A stretch of 64,000 bases of DNA from Felis catus (Eukaryota): positions 109,988,001 through 110,052,000 of the forward strand of contig NC_058377.1 of assembly GCF_018350175.1 (NCBI RefSeq). Direction: 5' to 3'. A model generated the notes under the pieces. The model was not told where the DNA came from. It made no database searches and saw only the letters and a list, made by a program, of their open reading frames with translations. Shown piece by piece: positions 25,681 through 38,035 of the stretch. The translations under genes were made by a program, and so were the position numbers. The first letter of the stretch is position 1. The number at the start of each line of letters is the position of its first letter.

Positions 25681-27792
25681 AGCCCACGCAAGCGCACGGC
25701 CACCCTGACACGGCTGCACGGGCAGGCATACCAGGGTCCACGTGTCCTTAGCCAGCTGCCCCTCGATCCCTGGACTGTGTCCTCCAGGCTGAACTCCTCC
25801 GGCAAGGGTCGGGGGCTCGGCAGGGCACACGTGCAGGGTGGCCAGGGGGAGTCAGACAATTGTCCAGGAGACTCTGCACCCGGGATGCCCTCAGGCCAGA
25901 CCAGGGCCAGATTCCTGGCGACCTTGGAGGGATGTGTTGAGGGGAATTGGGGGAAGGAAGTGGTTTAGGGGGTGGTGTGTCCGCCGTAGTGGGAGATCCA
26001 GGCACTGAGACTGTAGGCAATGACCCTCAGGGGCTCCTCCTGACCTGCCTCCTCAGGGAAAGGCCCACGGAAATAGCCCATCTTTCCTTGTCCTCTGGCT
26101 GGCTGCCCTTCCCTCCGTCCTCTCTCCCCTTCGTCCTCTCTTTGGTTCCCCGTGCCCCAGGCCACTGAGAAGTGGCTTAGTGAGCCAGTCCGCATAGGCC
26201 CAGAAGTCCGGAGACCTAGCTTTGCCACAGCCCGTGACTGGGCTCGCCGGAGAGGGCTGTGCTGTGCCCGCTAAGGTCCCTCTCAGCCCAAGCGCGTGGG
26301 GTTCCACCTCTGCTGTTATGTTCAGCAGCCCCCTCCCTGCCCTTCTCTTCCAGCCCAAATGACAGAAGAAGAAACTGAGGCCCAGGGAAGGAAGCAGGCC
26401 AGTGGGCCAGCTGCCCCGCCGACAGAGGAGCTGGGCTGTCGCCGAGTGAGGGGGTTCTGGACCGGGCTCCGAGAGGACCCCAGTTGTTCGCAAGGGGCGC
26501 AGGATGAAGCCAGGGGAGCTAGGCGAGGCAGCCGGCGGAGAGCCAGGCAGGGGGACCCAGTGAAGGAAACGGTCCCGGCCAGCCAGCGTGTGGGTTGAAA
26601 GGGTGTTGTTATTCAGAGGCGTGGGAGGGGCTGGGAGGGAGCGGGCAGGAGCCAGGGTGTGAATAGGCAGGTGGGATTGTGGGGAGGAATGTGAAGTGTC
26701 ACCAATAAAGTAGCTGGTGTGGCTGGGTGGTGTGCACAAGTGTGAACGGGGCAGGAGTGCAGGGCTCCGTGGAGGGGAGAGGGAGCCATTAGACCAGTCT
26801 GGAAGAGAGAGAGACGGGGGGTGGGGGGGCTGCTAGGTGACAGTTGCTGCCATCTGCCTGTTTCCTCCTCCGGTTGAGTGCGGGGCTCAGGGCAGTGAGG
26901 GTGCCAGAGCCAAACTGCGGGGTGGGGGGTGGGGGGGGTGTCCGGTCTGTCGGAGGAATGTATCCCTGTGTCCCCAGGGAAGGGCAGTGTGTGCTCCAAG
27001 CCGGAAAGGGGGTCTGTGGGGGTTGTGAAAGCCGGGAGATAGAGGTCAGCCGGTCAAGGTCAGGATCAGAGAGTGCCTGACAGAGGTGTGGGGTCCGGCG
27101 TCCTCACCCACAACCTTTCTCCGAGGCTGGGGACTTCCAGCTTCCCCTCCCGTCCCGGCAGCTCCCTCCTACCCCAGCGGGGAGGGCCGGGCCGGGCACC
27201 GGACGAAACTGGGACGGGGTCCTCTGGGACTGGGGGGTCTGTGGGGAGGGCTTCTGGAGCGCAGTGTGGAGTAACTGGGAAGGAAGGGGGAAAGAGATGG
27301 GGCTCTGGCGAGGCGGGGGGGGGGGGAACCCGGGGTTCCCCTCGAGGGGCTCGGCCCGAGAACTCGGCGGCGGCGGCCGCTCGCTGGCCCTCCCCCTCGG
27401 CGGTGACCTCTCGCTCCCGGCCCCCTCCCCGCGGCGGCGGCGGCGGCGGCGGCGCCTTCCCCCTGTGTGGCCTCGGCGCCCCCGGCCCCGCCCCCGGCCC
27501 GCTCCCGCCCGGTCGCTCCCTTCCCGGCGGCGGGGGCGGGGGCGGGGTCCGGGGCGCCGGGCTCCGGGCTCGGCCGGGCCGCTGCCCTTTCCCGCGCGTC
27601 AGCTCCCCGCCCTGCCCGTCCGCCCTCCCGCGGGCCGCCGGGGCCGAGCGGCCGCCGCCGCCGCCGCTCCCCGGCCGGTGACGGGCTTTCTCCTGCCCGG
27701 TCCGGCCGGGCTGCGCCCGTCCCCCCGCACTAATCACTCCCAGGCCACGGCGGGCCGGGCCGGGGTGGGGGGTGGGGGGGTGGGGGTGGGGG

Positions 27793-27831
<39 letters not shown>

Positions 27832-28568
27832 CGCCCCGCCGCCCGGGCCCTACCTGCCGCCGGCTCCCCGGCCGCGGGCAGCATGGTGGGCTCCGGCCGC
27901 GCAGCGCGCAGCGAGGAAGCCGCGAGTCCCGCAGCCCGGCCCGGCCCAACCGGGCTCGGCTCTGCCCTCCGCCCTCCTCTCTCCTCTCGCCCGCCCTCCT
28001 TCCCGCCCTCCCCTCCCCGGCGGGCCGGGGAGGGAGCGCGGCGGGCCCGAGGTGTCGGCCTCCCCTCGCCTCCCGCCGGCCCGGGCTCGGGCTCCCCGCC
28101 CTTCTCCCCTCTTCCTCCCCGGCCCCCGCCTCCCCGCGCGCCGCGTCTCCCTCCCGCAGCCCCGCTCCCCGCCTGGGACTCGCTCTCCCCGACTTTCGCG
28201 CGGGGCTCTTTCCGCCGGGATTCCCGGCACCCCGCCTCGCCGGGGCTCCAGGTCGCCGGCTCCCGGGGTCAGCGGGTCGCGCGGGCTCCCGCCGCGCTCC
28301 CGGCCACCTCCTGGCCCCGGCGAGCGGACTTCAGGAATGCCGCGTCCCCGCCCGGCCCCTCTCGAGGGCGCCCGGCCGTGCCTCCCCCCCCCACCACCCC
28401 CCCCCACCCCCGGCCCGAGCCCTGCTGGCGGGGGTAGCTGCCGGCTCCCCCGCCCGGCCCCGGCTCGGGGCTCCCGGGGGGGAGCACGGGAACCGGATCT
28501 CGCGGCTCCCGGGCGGGGGCGGGGGCCGGGGCCTCGGACGCCAGGCTCCTACCTGCTCGGAGGTCCAT
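20204..28568 (-). CDS. CLCF1: Cardiotrophin-like cytokine factor 1, 225 aa; complement(join(20204..20698,22537..22703,28553..28568))
   Basis: MDLRAG|DSWGMLACLCAVLWHLPAVPALNRTGDPGPGPSIQKTYDLTRYLEHQLRSLAGTY|LNYLGPPFNEPDF...LHLEAHGF*. Exons of 16+167+495=678 nt, GT-AG introns. Confidence 0.97.
20724..20748. repeat. (GGA)n repeat forming part of the CLCF1 exon 3 polypyrimidine tract on the minus strand
   Basis: Direct observation. Confidence 0.9.
20990..21330 (-). mobile_element. L2 fragment in CLCF1 intron 2
   Basis: Purine-rich 'gaccttggagagagccgtttcagtgg...gccagattgcagggggttaaggagtgagtggg'. Confidence 0.55.
21705..21972. other. Assembly gap
   Basis: Run of N. Confidence 1.
22876..22906. repeat. 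(GT)n microsatellite
   Basis: Direct observation. Confidence 0.95.
24870..25031. other. Assembly gap
   Basis: Run of N. Confidence 1.
25639..25678. repeat. (AC)n microsatellite
   Basis: Direct observation. Confidence 0.95.
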
Positions 28569-29050
28569 GGGGCTGGGGGCCGGNNNNNNNNNNNNNNNNN
28601 NNNNNNNNNNNNNNNNNNNNNNNNNNNNNNNNNNNNNNNNNNNNNNNNNNNNNNNNNNNNNNNNNNNNNNNNNNNNNNNNNNNNNNNNNNNNNNNNNNNN
28701 NNNNNNNNNNNNNNNNNNNNNNNNNNNNNNNNNNNNNNNNNNNNNNNNNNNNNNNNNNNNNNNNNNNNNNNNNNNNNNNNNNNNNNNNNNNNNNNNNNNN
28801 NNNNNNNNNNNNNNNNNNNNNNNNNNNNNNNNNNNNNNNNNNNNNNNNNNNNNNNNNNNNNNNCCACAACACCGAGGGGGGGTGAGGTGAGGCGAGGCTG
28901 CGGCGGTACCACCCTGGGCCTCCTGGGGGAGGGGGCGGGGAGGGCATCAGTCCGCCGGCAGACTCCCCGAGCTGGGGGGAGCGGGCCGCCCTCTCCTGTT
29001 CTTCTCCGACGGCGTGGACCCGGGGTGCGGGGTCCCTGCTCTCACCCTAC
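27100..29050. promoter_or_regulatory. CLCF1: CpG island over the CLCF1 promoter, exon 1 and proximal intron 1
   Basis: Very GC- and CpG-dense, with (GGC)n and (GCC)n runs at about 27431-27454 and 27796-27830. The TSS probably lies in the N gap. Confidence 0.85.
28584..28863. other. Assembly gap covering the CLCF1 5'UTR and core promoter
   Basis: Run of N starting 16 nt upstream of the CLCF1 ATG. Confidence 1.
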
Positions 29051-32000
29051 CTCGGACTCCTCATCTCTAACCTTCCCTCTCCTCCCCCTCCCCCTGAGTA
29101 AACGCAATGACACATTCTCCCAAATGCCAGCGAGCTGGCCTCGTAGCAAGTGATGGTGTTTTTCCTGCTGCCCTTTGTCTGGGCTGACCGCCCCCCTGGC
29201 CTATTGTCCCGCCGCCAGCCCCATTTCCAAAAGCTGGGGCTGAGTGAGGCGCTGGGGTCGGGGCAGGTGACTAACGGCCTCACAATGCCCCCTGGGGCGG
29301 GGGAGGGAGAGGGCACCCCAGGCCCACTGCCCAGCTCGGTGGAGGAGAGTAGAGGGCCCTCGGCCGAGGGTTTTTCTCTCAGGTTCACTAGGTTCTTCGT
29401 TCTTCCCAGCAGCCGGCCGGGAGAGCGCACAGGGGTGGGGGAATTGTAGTTCATTAATCAGCACGAGGCACCGGACCAGTTTCAACACCAGAGGCTGCAT
29501 GGGTGACTCAGCGGGAATGCTCCCATTCAAGGCGATGGACAGACCCAGAGTCCCCATTTGTGAAACGCTTCCCCATAAAGACTTTTGGCTTTCTCTCGCC
29601 TTCGGGGTTTGGGGTTGTTGGTGTTGTGGAGTGCTCTCCCTCCTTCCTTCCCCAGGCCTGGGTTGGGACTTGCTTTGTGGGATACCTGGGGGACCCTTAA
29701 GCCTAGACCCTCTCAGGAGGGTCTCCTTCCTGGCCCCTTCCTCCCCCCCCCCGCCCCCCCCCCCCGACGGAGAGCTGCCAGGGAGAGTGCAGAGGAAACA
29801 GCTCTCCCCGTCTGGGGCTTCCAGACATCTCCTTTTGGTGACTTCTTGGGGGACGGTCATTTGGTCCCCAAGGCTTGAGTACTCTAGATCCAGACCACCA
29901 ATTAAACCATTTGGTAATAAGTTGCGTCTGTCCTTTATTTGTTTTTTCAAAGTGGGAGAGGTGGTGGTGGGCCAACCCTGGAAGGGGATTCCTCCCCGCG
30001 CCCCCCAACAGCATCAGAGTCTTCAGTCCACGACTCCTGCCCCGTGTCCGTGTCCCTGAAGAAAGGAGGGTGCCCCGCCAGCCCTGCCACAGCCCCTCCA
30101 GCCTGCGGGTCAGAGCAGGCGGCATGGTCAGGACCAGCGCTAGGTTCCCAGGGCAGCTCTTCCCTTTTCTGCACTGTGTGGACTGAGGTGGGGGGGTGGG
30201 GGGGTGGGGAAGAAGTTTGTTTTCAATTACCTCACTGGAGTGGGACAGACTTTGTTGTTGGGTTGTTTTTTGCTTTTTTTTTTCCTCCTTTCTTTCTTTT
30301 TTCTTTCTAAACAAGGAGAAAAACAGCTGGGAGAGGGGAGCTGGCTGGGGGTTGGGGGCAGGGGGCTTTCCGGGGCATCAGTAGCAGCTTTAAGGAAACC
30401 TGTCTTGGGGGGGGTGTCCTTCTGAAAAGTGCTCAGGGCCTCCTTCTTCCCCCCACCCGCCCCCCCACCTCAGCCAGAACTCTGCAGTCTCAATGGCATT
30501 CTTGGCGGGTGAGCCCTGAGGTCTTTTGATGCCCACGCCAAGGTCAAGAAGGCAGATGTCCAGTGGGTGACTGGCACTGAGGCCAGCCATGAGGTCCTCA
30601 AGCAGCCTCCCTTTCAGAAGGAGGGAGCCACGCACGCACACGCACGGCAGGGAAGTGGAAGTGGGGCGTGCAATTCGTCCTTGTGCTCCTTGTGGAGAGT
30701 GTCTGCACAGACAATGTGGTTTGGATTTGGCTGAGCCCCCTCAGCACCTTATAAAGCACCTTGCTGAGTCAGGGAGAAAGCAGCCCCCACTCGGGAGAGG
30801 AGGAGGGGGCCGGGCGAGAAAGGGAAAAGAGGGAGAGGGGGGCTGAAGGAGGGAGGTGGGGGGCTGAGAGGAGGGAAGGGCAGGAAAGTAACTGGGTGGG
30901 AGTAGGAAGGAGGGAGGAGGCAGGAGCCCAGGGAGGAAGAGGAACAGACTGCAGTGGAAGGGGAGCACCCCCCCATCCCACCACACGCCCAGCAAATACT
31001 CGCCTCGGGAGGCCAGAAAACATTGCTTTGCAGTAGCTGAGGGCCTGTGGCCCTGAAATGAAACCCAGGCCGAGGGGGAGCAGGGACAACTGACTTTACG
31101 CACAGCCACCCCCCACACCCACCCAGCTTGTTACGGTGACACTGCACGCTGGAGAAGTCGCCTTCTCCCTCTGCCTCTTGTCTAGACTTGCATCCCTGCC
31201 CTCTCCCCTCAACCAGGGGGTGGCCAAGCCCCCCCCTCCCCCCATCTTCCCCACTGCCAAGGGGAAAATCGGTTCCATCTCCAAGCTGCCAGTGCCCCTC
31301 TGCCATGTCTGGGCAAAGGCAGGAGGCTAGGAGCTGCCAGGTGGGTTGGGGTGGGGGCTGGAATAAAGACCTTGCCTTTCCGCTGCCAAATCCTAAATAG
31401 GGTGGGCTGTGGGAATTGGGGGAGAGAAGGAAGAAAGGAGAGGCAGAGCGTGATAGCTCCCCTCCAGGATTTCGGTGGCGTGGGGGCGCAGGGGGCTGCC
31501 CTCTGATTTCCAGCTGGGGATGTCAACTTCCCACTCCCCTGTGGCTCTCAGACTGGGATTCTTGTTCTGGGATTGCTGGTGAGGGCAGGGCAGAGGCTAC
31601 AGGAGACTCGTGCCCCCTGAGCCCCAGAGCCATCTGTCTTGGTACATGGTGTGCAAGACGTTTCCGAAACCCTGCTGGGTGCTAGGCGCTAGGAAGACAG
31701 AAGAGGGAAGGAAAACCCACCCCTGCCTTTGCGAATGTCATGGTCTGGTGACAAGGGGCACTCATTTAAACTGAGCGATCAGAGGATGGAAAGGGCAGGA
31801 GAGCTCTGGGAGGAGGTGGAGCTTCAGGGTGGGAAACATAGCTGGAGCCACAGGAAGATGCACCGAGGGCGCACTGGCCCTGGCCCACGGGGCTCCCTGT
31901 TCTGCGGAGAGTCAAGCTGGGAGTCAGGACCAGGGGCTTCCGATTGGCCAGCGGCATGGCCTTGGGAAAAGCCATCGCCTCTCGTGGGATGGGGTATGAC

Positions 32001-35000
32001 CCCTTGTGCCCTCCTCCCCAGCAGGATGGTGGGAGATCGGGGAGCTCATGAGGAGGACACTGCTTTGCTGCCTCTCTGGCCTTCCAGGCCTTATCCACAG
32101 GGAGTGGCAGGCCAGACCCCAAGGGATGTGGCCGGGAGGGGGGCGGGTCTGGCGCCTGGCGATGCTTGGGTTGCCCTCCAAGGGGGTGGGGTGAGTCAGT
32201 TTGGGCTCAGGGACAGGCTAGACCGCTCCCTCTCACCTTCCCTTCCTACTCCCAGAGCTGGTACCCCCAGGAAAGGCATTCCAGACACCCCCAACATCCC
32301 ATGTCCCACACAGCTGCAGAAAATTGGCACTGAAGGGGTCCTGGGCCCCAAGGATGTCGTGGATTCCTGAACTAGGGAAGCCTCTGATCCAGTCCCCTCC
32401 TGATGGGTCGGCAGGAATGAGAGTGTGGGCGAAGCCCACAGAGGTAAGTGAGGACGCTCACTAATTCATTCACGTGTTGACCAGACATGTCCTGAGTGCA
32501 CAGACAGGAGCCCCACGGGGCCATGGGGATGAGGGGTGGAGGCTGACCTGTGTGCTGGCAGGAGAGGCAGGGGCCTGCCAGTGCCTGCTGCAATGCCTGG
32601 CATTTCTTGGTGACACTTTTACTCCTTTTAGGACCCTAAGGCTTAACTGATGACAATAGTTTAAACATACTGAGCTCTCACCACGTGTTGGGTCCTGTGC
32701 TAAGGTTTTTCGTGGACGAGACCATTTGATTCTTGCTGTAACCCCAGAAAACAGGAGCTGCGATTTACCCATTTTGTACGTGAGGTCCCTGAGGCTTGGA
32801 AAGATGAAGTCGCTTGTCTCAGGTCACACAAGTGGCGGAACCAGGACTGGAACCCAGCACTGTCTGCCCTTTGAATTACACCATTCAGATGCCAACATGG
32901 GGCACGCCGAGAGGGGAAGGGGCTGGGGGCTGAGAGCGGGCTCCAGAGGCACCAGGACTAGCCAGCGCCCCCTGGCTATGAGGTTATCTAAGCTGGGGCC
33001 AGCCTGCCGCTATGGGACACTAAGATGTCCCTTTGGACAGAAAGAGAATCTCCCTGTGCCTGGAGCGGGGGACCTGGGCCCTCCTGCTCTCTGCCCACTG
33101 CTGACATGGACTGTGTGGCACGTGGGGGCAGGCACCTGACCTGGACCCTCCTGGGCTGGCGAGAGTCAGCCCCCTGAAAAGCGCTCCAGTCCCCTCAGCT
33201 AGAACTGTAGATTCCAGGAGCAGGCGAGTGGGTTTGAGTCACGGAATGAGGACCGAACCGCGTGTTAGGTCCCCACCCACCCACAGCCAGGGAGGGAGAG
33301 GGCTTCCCTGGGCTTCCGAGGGCCCTACTACTCAGCCTGCAAAGTGAGGGCCACGTAGGCTCAGAGGCTCTGCCTGGGCTGCCGGGGGCTCCCCGGGATC
33401 CGCATCCCTGACGGGAGGCCTCCTCTCCATCACCTCGTGCACGCGCCACTGGCTGCGGGCCTGGGGGCCACCGGCAGGGCTGTGCACTTTCCCTTTCCCT
33501 CCAGTGGGCACGAGCCCAGAGGGCCCTGCCTCGCCCTGAGCTGGCGGTGATGTCAGCGGAAACCCCAGGGTGCCGAGGACCTCCTCCTACCTCAGCCACG
33601 GCCCTACCCTGCCCTGCGTCCTGCACCCACACCTGGACGGGCTCAGCCTCCCGGAGGACACCGCGCCCACCCGCCCCCTGCTTCCCCGTGAAGCTGAGGG
33701 GACCCCGGCCCTGCTGCCTGCCTCTCCCCTGCCCGACCTAGGCTGCGTCTCCCCATCTGCAAGGATGTCTGGGTGGTGAGTGGGTACCGGAAGGCAGGGG
33801 CAAAGGGGGTAGCCCCAGATGTTCAACTCCTCCCTTGCCTGTCAGGAGCTTTCCCCGCCATCCTCCCAGGATGTTCCATTGCCCTGGCCAACCCATGCCT
33901 CGGGCTCCGTGACTCCGTCTCCCCTGGCAGAGGAGTGGGGTTACCTCTCCCTGGGCTGGAAGATCCTTATCCTGCCCTGCTGAGTCACTGCCGGCTCCTC
34001 CCGCTCTGTCCCCTCCCTCCCTACCGGCCTCCCTCCTTCAGACTTCTCCGGCTTTCTCCAGACTGTCTGGGTTCCTCAGGGGCCCCAGGGGTCAGAGGAC
34101 AGACAGCATCTCCCTGAGATGACTTGGAGTCCCACCCCGAGTGACCGCCATCCCAGCACTGTTGGGACAGTGACGAGGAGTAAGGGCGCCGCTAGCTGTG
34201 TGACCTTGGGCAAGTCACTTGGCGCTTCTACACCTCACTTCTCTCCTGCACGGAACAGGAATGATGATAATGGTACCTTCCTCGGAGTAAGGACAATTGA
34301 GCTAATACAAGTCAAATCTCCGGCACTCAGCACTTGATAACGTTGTGGATTATTGTTATCTGCCCCGTCGCGCCCTATCCTCCTGTCTCGGCTAATGACG
34401 CCACCTCCCCCTTTCCAGTCCCCATGCCCACGTGTCTGCACCTTTTCTGTTCTTCAGACCCTGCTTCCCTCCCACAGCCTGTCCCCACAACCCCAACGTG
34501 ATCTGACCCTGTGACGCTGGGCGTAGACCACAGGACACAGATACGAGACTGGAGAGTTGGGCCGTCGTTCAACCCTCCTCCCACGACGACCAGTTCGGAG
34601 CATTTGACTATGCAACCCCGGGGTGGGGGGGGGCCTGCGTGTATTGAGGGAGAGACAGAGGGGGAAGGGTGGGCACTCAGGGCACAGGGGGCTCTGAGTG
34701 GAGTCAAGGAGTCCGGGCTGTACTGGGCGCAACTCCGTCCGGGCTTCCAGGCCGTCTGTCTGCAACACTCGAGTGGTGGTTGGGTCTGTGAGGAGTTCAC
34801 CCCTCCCCGGCCCCCACAGGCACCTCTCAGAGGTCCCGTCCTTCCCACCGGAGCGCCCTGAGCACTCGCCAGCCGCTGCGAAATGCGTGAAGTGACAGAG
34901 GGCTCGAGAACTCAAGGCCCACGAAGGGCTGTGGTGCAGAGGAAGGGGAGGGCAGGCAGGGCCTGGGAAGGGGCCGAGGAGGGTCTGGGTGGCAAAGAGG

Positions 35001-36669
35001 GGAAGGCCACACCTGGCCTGGAAGCCGTGCCCGGGGCTGGGGAGGAGCTGGCACTCAGGCCGGTGGGGCGCAGCCCCCCAACAAACATTCGGGAAGCACC
35101 CCCCATATGTGCCCCGAGGAACAGCGTGGACATAGAGAGACCCACACCCTGCCCACCAGGGGCTTCGGGGCTGCCGGGACGGAGGGCCAGATGGCTCCAG
35201 AGTCGCCGGGGCCCTGCTCTTAATTAGTGGCCTCCCCCCTGCCCGACCCCGGTTGCCTGAAGTCTCCCCGCGCTCCCCCTGCCCTCTGGTGACCCCATCT
35301 CGGCCAGGGAGGACGGCTTCTCGGCCCCCTTCTCCCTGGGTGTGTAGCCCCGCGTTGGGCACCCACAGGCGCTCGCCCAGGGCAGAGCAGCCTGGTCTCT
35401 GTTCTGGAAGCCGGGGCTGTACGCGGTGTCTGTCTCCCTCTACCGGTCCCTTAAGGGACAGCCTGGCCAGGACGCTTGGCACAGAGCTGGTGGTGTCCAG
35501 GTCTCCCCAGGCAGTGGATGGGGAGCACGGGGAGGCGGCGAAGAGGGCCGGGGGACTCAGGCCCGGCTGCCGCCCTCAGGAGCACCGCCGCCTCCTGGGT
35601 CTCTGCGGCCCGAAGAAGCCGGTCTCCGACAGGGGCCCCCAGGGGTGGTCTGAGGGAGGCCAGGTGGCCTCCCCGATGCCTTCCCCGCAGGCCAGCAGGC
35701 CCCTAACAGCCTCCTTCCCCTTCCAACCCATGAATGGAACTGTCATCCGTGGATTTATCTAAACCTTTTGTGCAGCTATTTATATTTCCAGCCGAGACCA
35801 CATTTTGGAGTAATGAGTTCCATCGGGGTCCTCCCCTGCTGGGTGAAGCACGCTGCCTTTGATTTGTCCTAAACTTACCTCACTCGAGCTCCGAGGGGGC
35901 CCTGTAACTCCAGCATGCCAGGTTCTGGTGAACAAGCCGGAGCTTCCCCTCCGCATCCCTGCTGTGGGTTTAAGGTTTCCATCCCATCTGCCTCCCACCT
36001 CTAGTCTGCAGCCTGAGGAGCCCGGGTCTCCGGCCTGCGCGCGGGGCGACCGGCAGAGCGAGGACAGCCAGGCCAGCGAGGACTCATTCTCCCCGCGACG
36101 CCGAGGGCCCCGAGGGCCCAGGACCGCGGGGCGGCCCCGTGGCGGCAGCCACAGGCTCCCAGCACCGCGCCTCTTTGCGGGGCTGACCTCTGCCTCCTCC
36201 GCCGGAGCCCCCTGACCAGTCCCGGGCCTCCAGGCCTTTCTGTGTATTGTTTCTCCGGGGGGGGGGGGGGCTCTCCTCCCAGGTTCCTAGTGGGATTCAC
36301 CGGGGCTCCGTCCACGCTGGTTTATTTTGTTTCTGGTCCTGACCCTACAAGAGGTTGAGGGCCCACTCCAGAGACGGGGATGGTGAGCCACGACGTAACA
36401 GCGGCAACGCCCACGGTGCGTACCGAGAGCTTTCACGGACGCGGACCGAGTGAACCCTCACACAGCCCTTTGAGGGAAGGACTGGTATTGCCCCTTCCCC
36501 CCGATTTCCAGGTGAGACAACTGAGGCTCAGAGAAAAGAAACGATGTGTCCAGCCCGGGAGCAGTGGAGCCAGATCTGGGCAGACCAGGGCCTAGAATGC
36601 CATCAGTCCCCCGCGACAGCCTGTCCTGCAACCTCTCCGAATGCTATACCCTTGTCGTTCAGTACATGC

Positions 36670-37122
36670 TTTTGTTTGTTTGTTTGTTTCGGTTTATTTA
36701 TTTGGGGAGAGTGCGAACGGGGCAGGGGCAGAGAGAGAGGGAGGGAGAGAGAGAATCCCAAGCAGGCTCCATACTCAGCGCAGAGCCCAATTCAGGGCTG
36801 TCTCACGACCCTGGGATCGTGACCTGAGCCAAAATCAAGAGTCAGGAGCTCAACTGACTGAGCCACACAGGAACCCCATCAACAAATAATTATTTAAAAA
36901 ATTTTTTTTAATGTTTATTTATTTTTGAGAAAGAGAGAGAGAGAGAGAGACAAAGTGCGAGCAGGGGAGGGACAGAGAGACAGGGAGACACAGATTCCGA
37001 AGCAGGCCCCAGGCTCCGAGCCGTCAGCACAGAGCCCGACACGGCGCTCGAACCCACGAACCGTGAGATTATGACCTGAGCCGAAATTGGACGCTTAACC
37101 CACTGAGCCACTCAGACGCCCC
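36670..37122 (-). mobile_element. Two tandem minus-strand Can-SINEs (about 36670-36876 and 36902-37122)
   Basis: Reverse heads and (GA)n tracts; the second is flanked by an imperfect TSD ending ataattattt. Confidence 0.9.
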
Positions 37123-37870
37123 AGCAGATAATTATTTTAAACGTTTGAAATGGTAACCACCTTCCTGCATCCATATCTTACATACTTTGGTACCTGTGGG
37201 GTGAAGATTAGGAATTTGGGGGTTGAAAGTATCCTGAGAGAGCATCTCGTGCAACCCTCTCATTTTATCAGGGAGGAAGCCGAGGCCCAAAAAAAGGCCT
37301 TGACTTGCTGGAGACTATCTGCGAGCAGGGCTGGGGCTGTCCCGGGTCTTTTCCGGCACAGACCCCAAACTGCCTTTGGGTTCCTATTCCCCTCCCAACA
37401 CACGGTGCGCCTCACGGTTGCAAGGCCCTCCCCCCCACCCCCCCCCCACACACTGTGCCTCCTGCTCCGTCCGGACCTGACAGGCGTCGGTGCCTATGCC
37501 AACTGCAAGCCCAGAGAGGCTGCCTGGTTTCAGACAGGAGAACATCCTTCCAGTCCCGCAGCCTAGGGGGAGCAGGACAGCCAATTACAACTCCTCCCGG
37601 AACTGCGGCCAGATGACGGGCCCAGGAAAGCCGAGGGCCCCTTCAGGATCACAACACGTCAAGGTTGGAAGGAACCTCAGTGAGCATCTCACACCGCCAG
37701 CCACGTCATACAGATGAAGACACAGCCGCAGAGACAGAGAGGGGCCTTCAAGTCACACAGCGAGTCAGTGGTGAAGCACAGACTAGAGACCCAGGACCCC
37801 TGATTCCCAGCTCCAGGCTCCTTTCTGGTCTGAGCCCTTCAGAAGGGTCAGGTGATAACTGACCTCTGGC

Positions 37871-37873
<3 letters not shown>

Positions 37874-37908
<35 letters not shown>
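37874..37908. repeat. (GT)n microsatellite
   Basis: Direct observation. Confidence 0.95.
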
Positions 37909-37911
<3 letters not shown>

Positions 37912-37934
37912 AGACTCATTAAGAATCCTAAAGA

Positions 37935-38035
37935 GGGGTGCCTGACTGGCTCAGTCAGGAGAGCATGCAACACTTGATCTCGAGGTTGTGAGTTCAAGCC
38001 CCACGCTGGGCATAGAGATTACTTAAAAAAAAAAA
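37935..38035 (+). mobile_element. Can-SINE (old short type)
   Basis: TSD aatcctaaaga. Confidence 0.85.

Noticed and set aside
27066-29153. Long Arg/Pro/Gly/Ala ORFs on both strands (up to 629 aa)
   Set aside because: CpG-island low-complexity artefacts, some spanning an N gap. Only the first 31 nt of the 27884 ORF are kept, as a candidate exon.
34454-36315. 342-aa and other ORFs in the GC-rich intergenic block
   Set aside because: No recognisable homology or consistent exon chain. More likely regulatory sequence.
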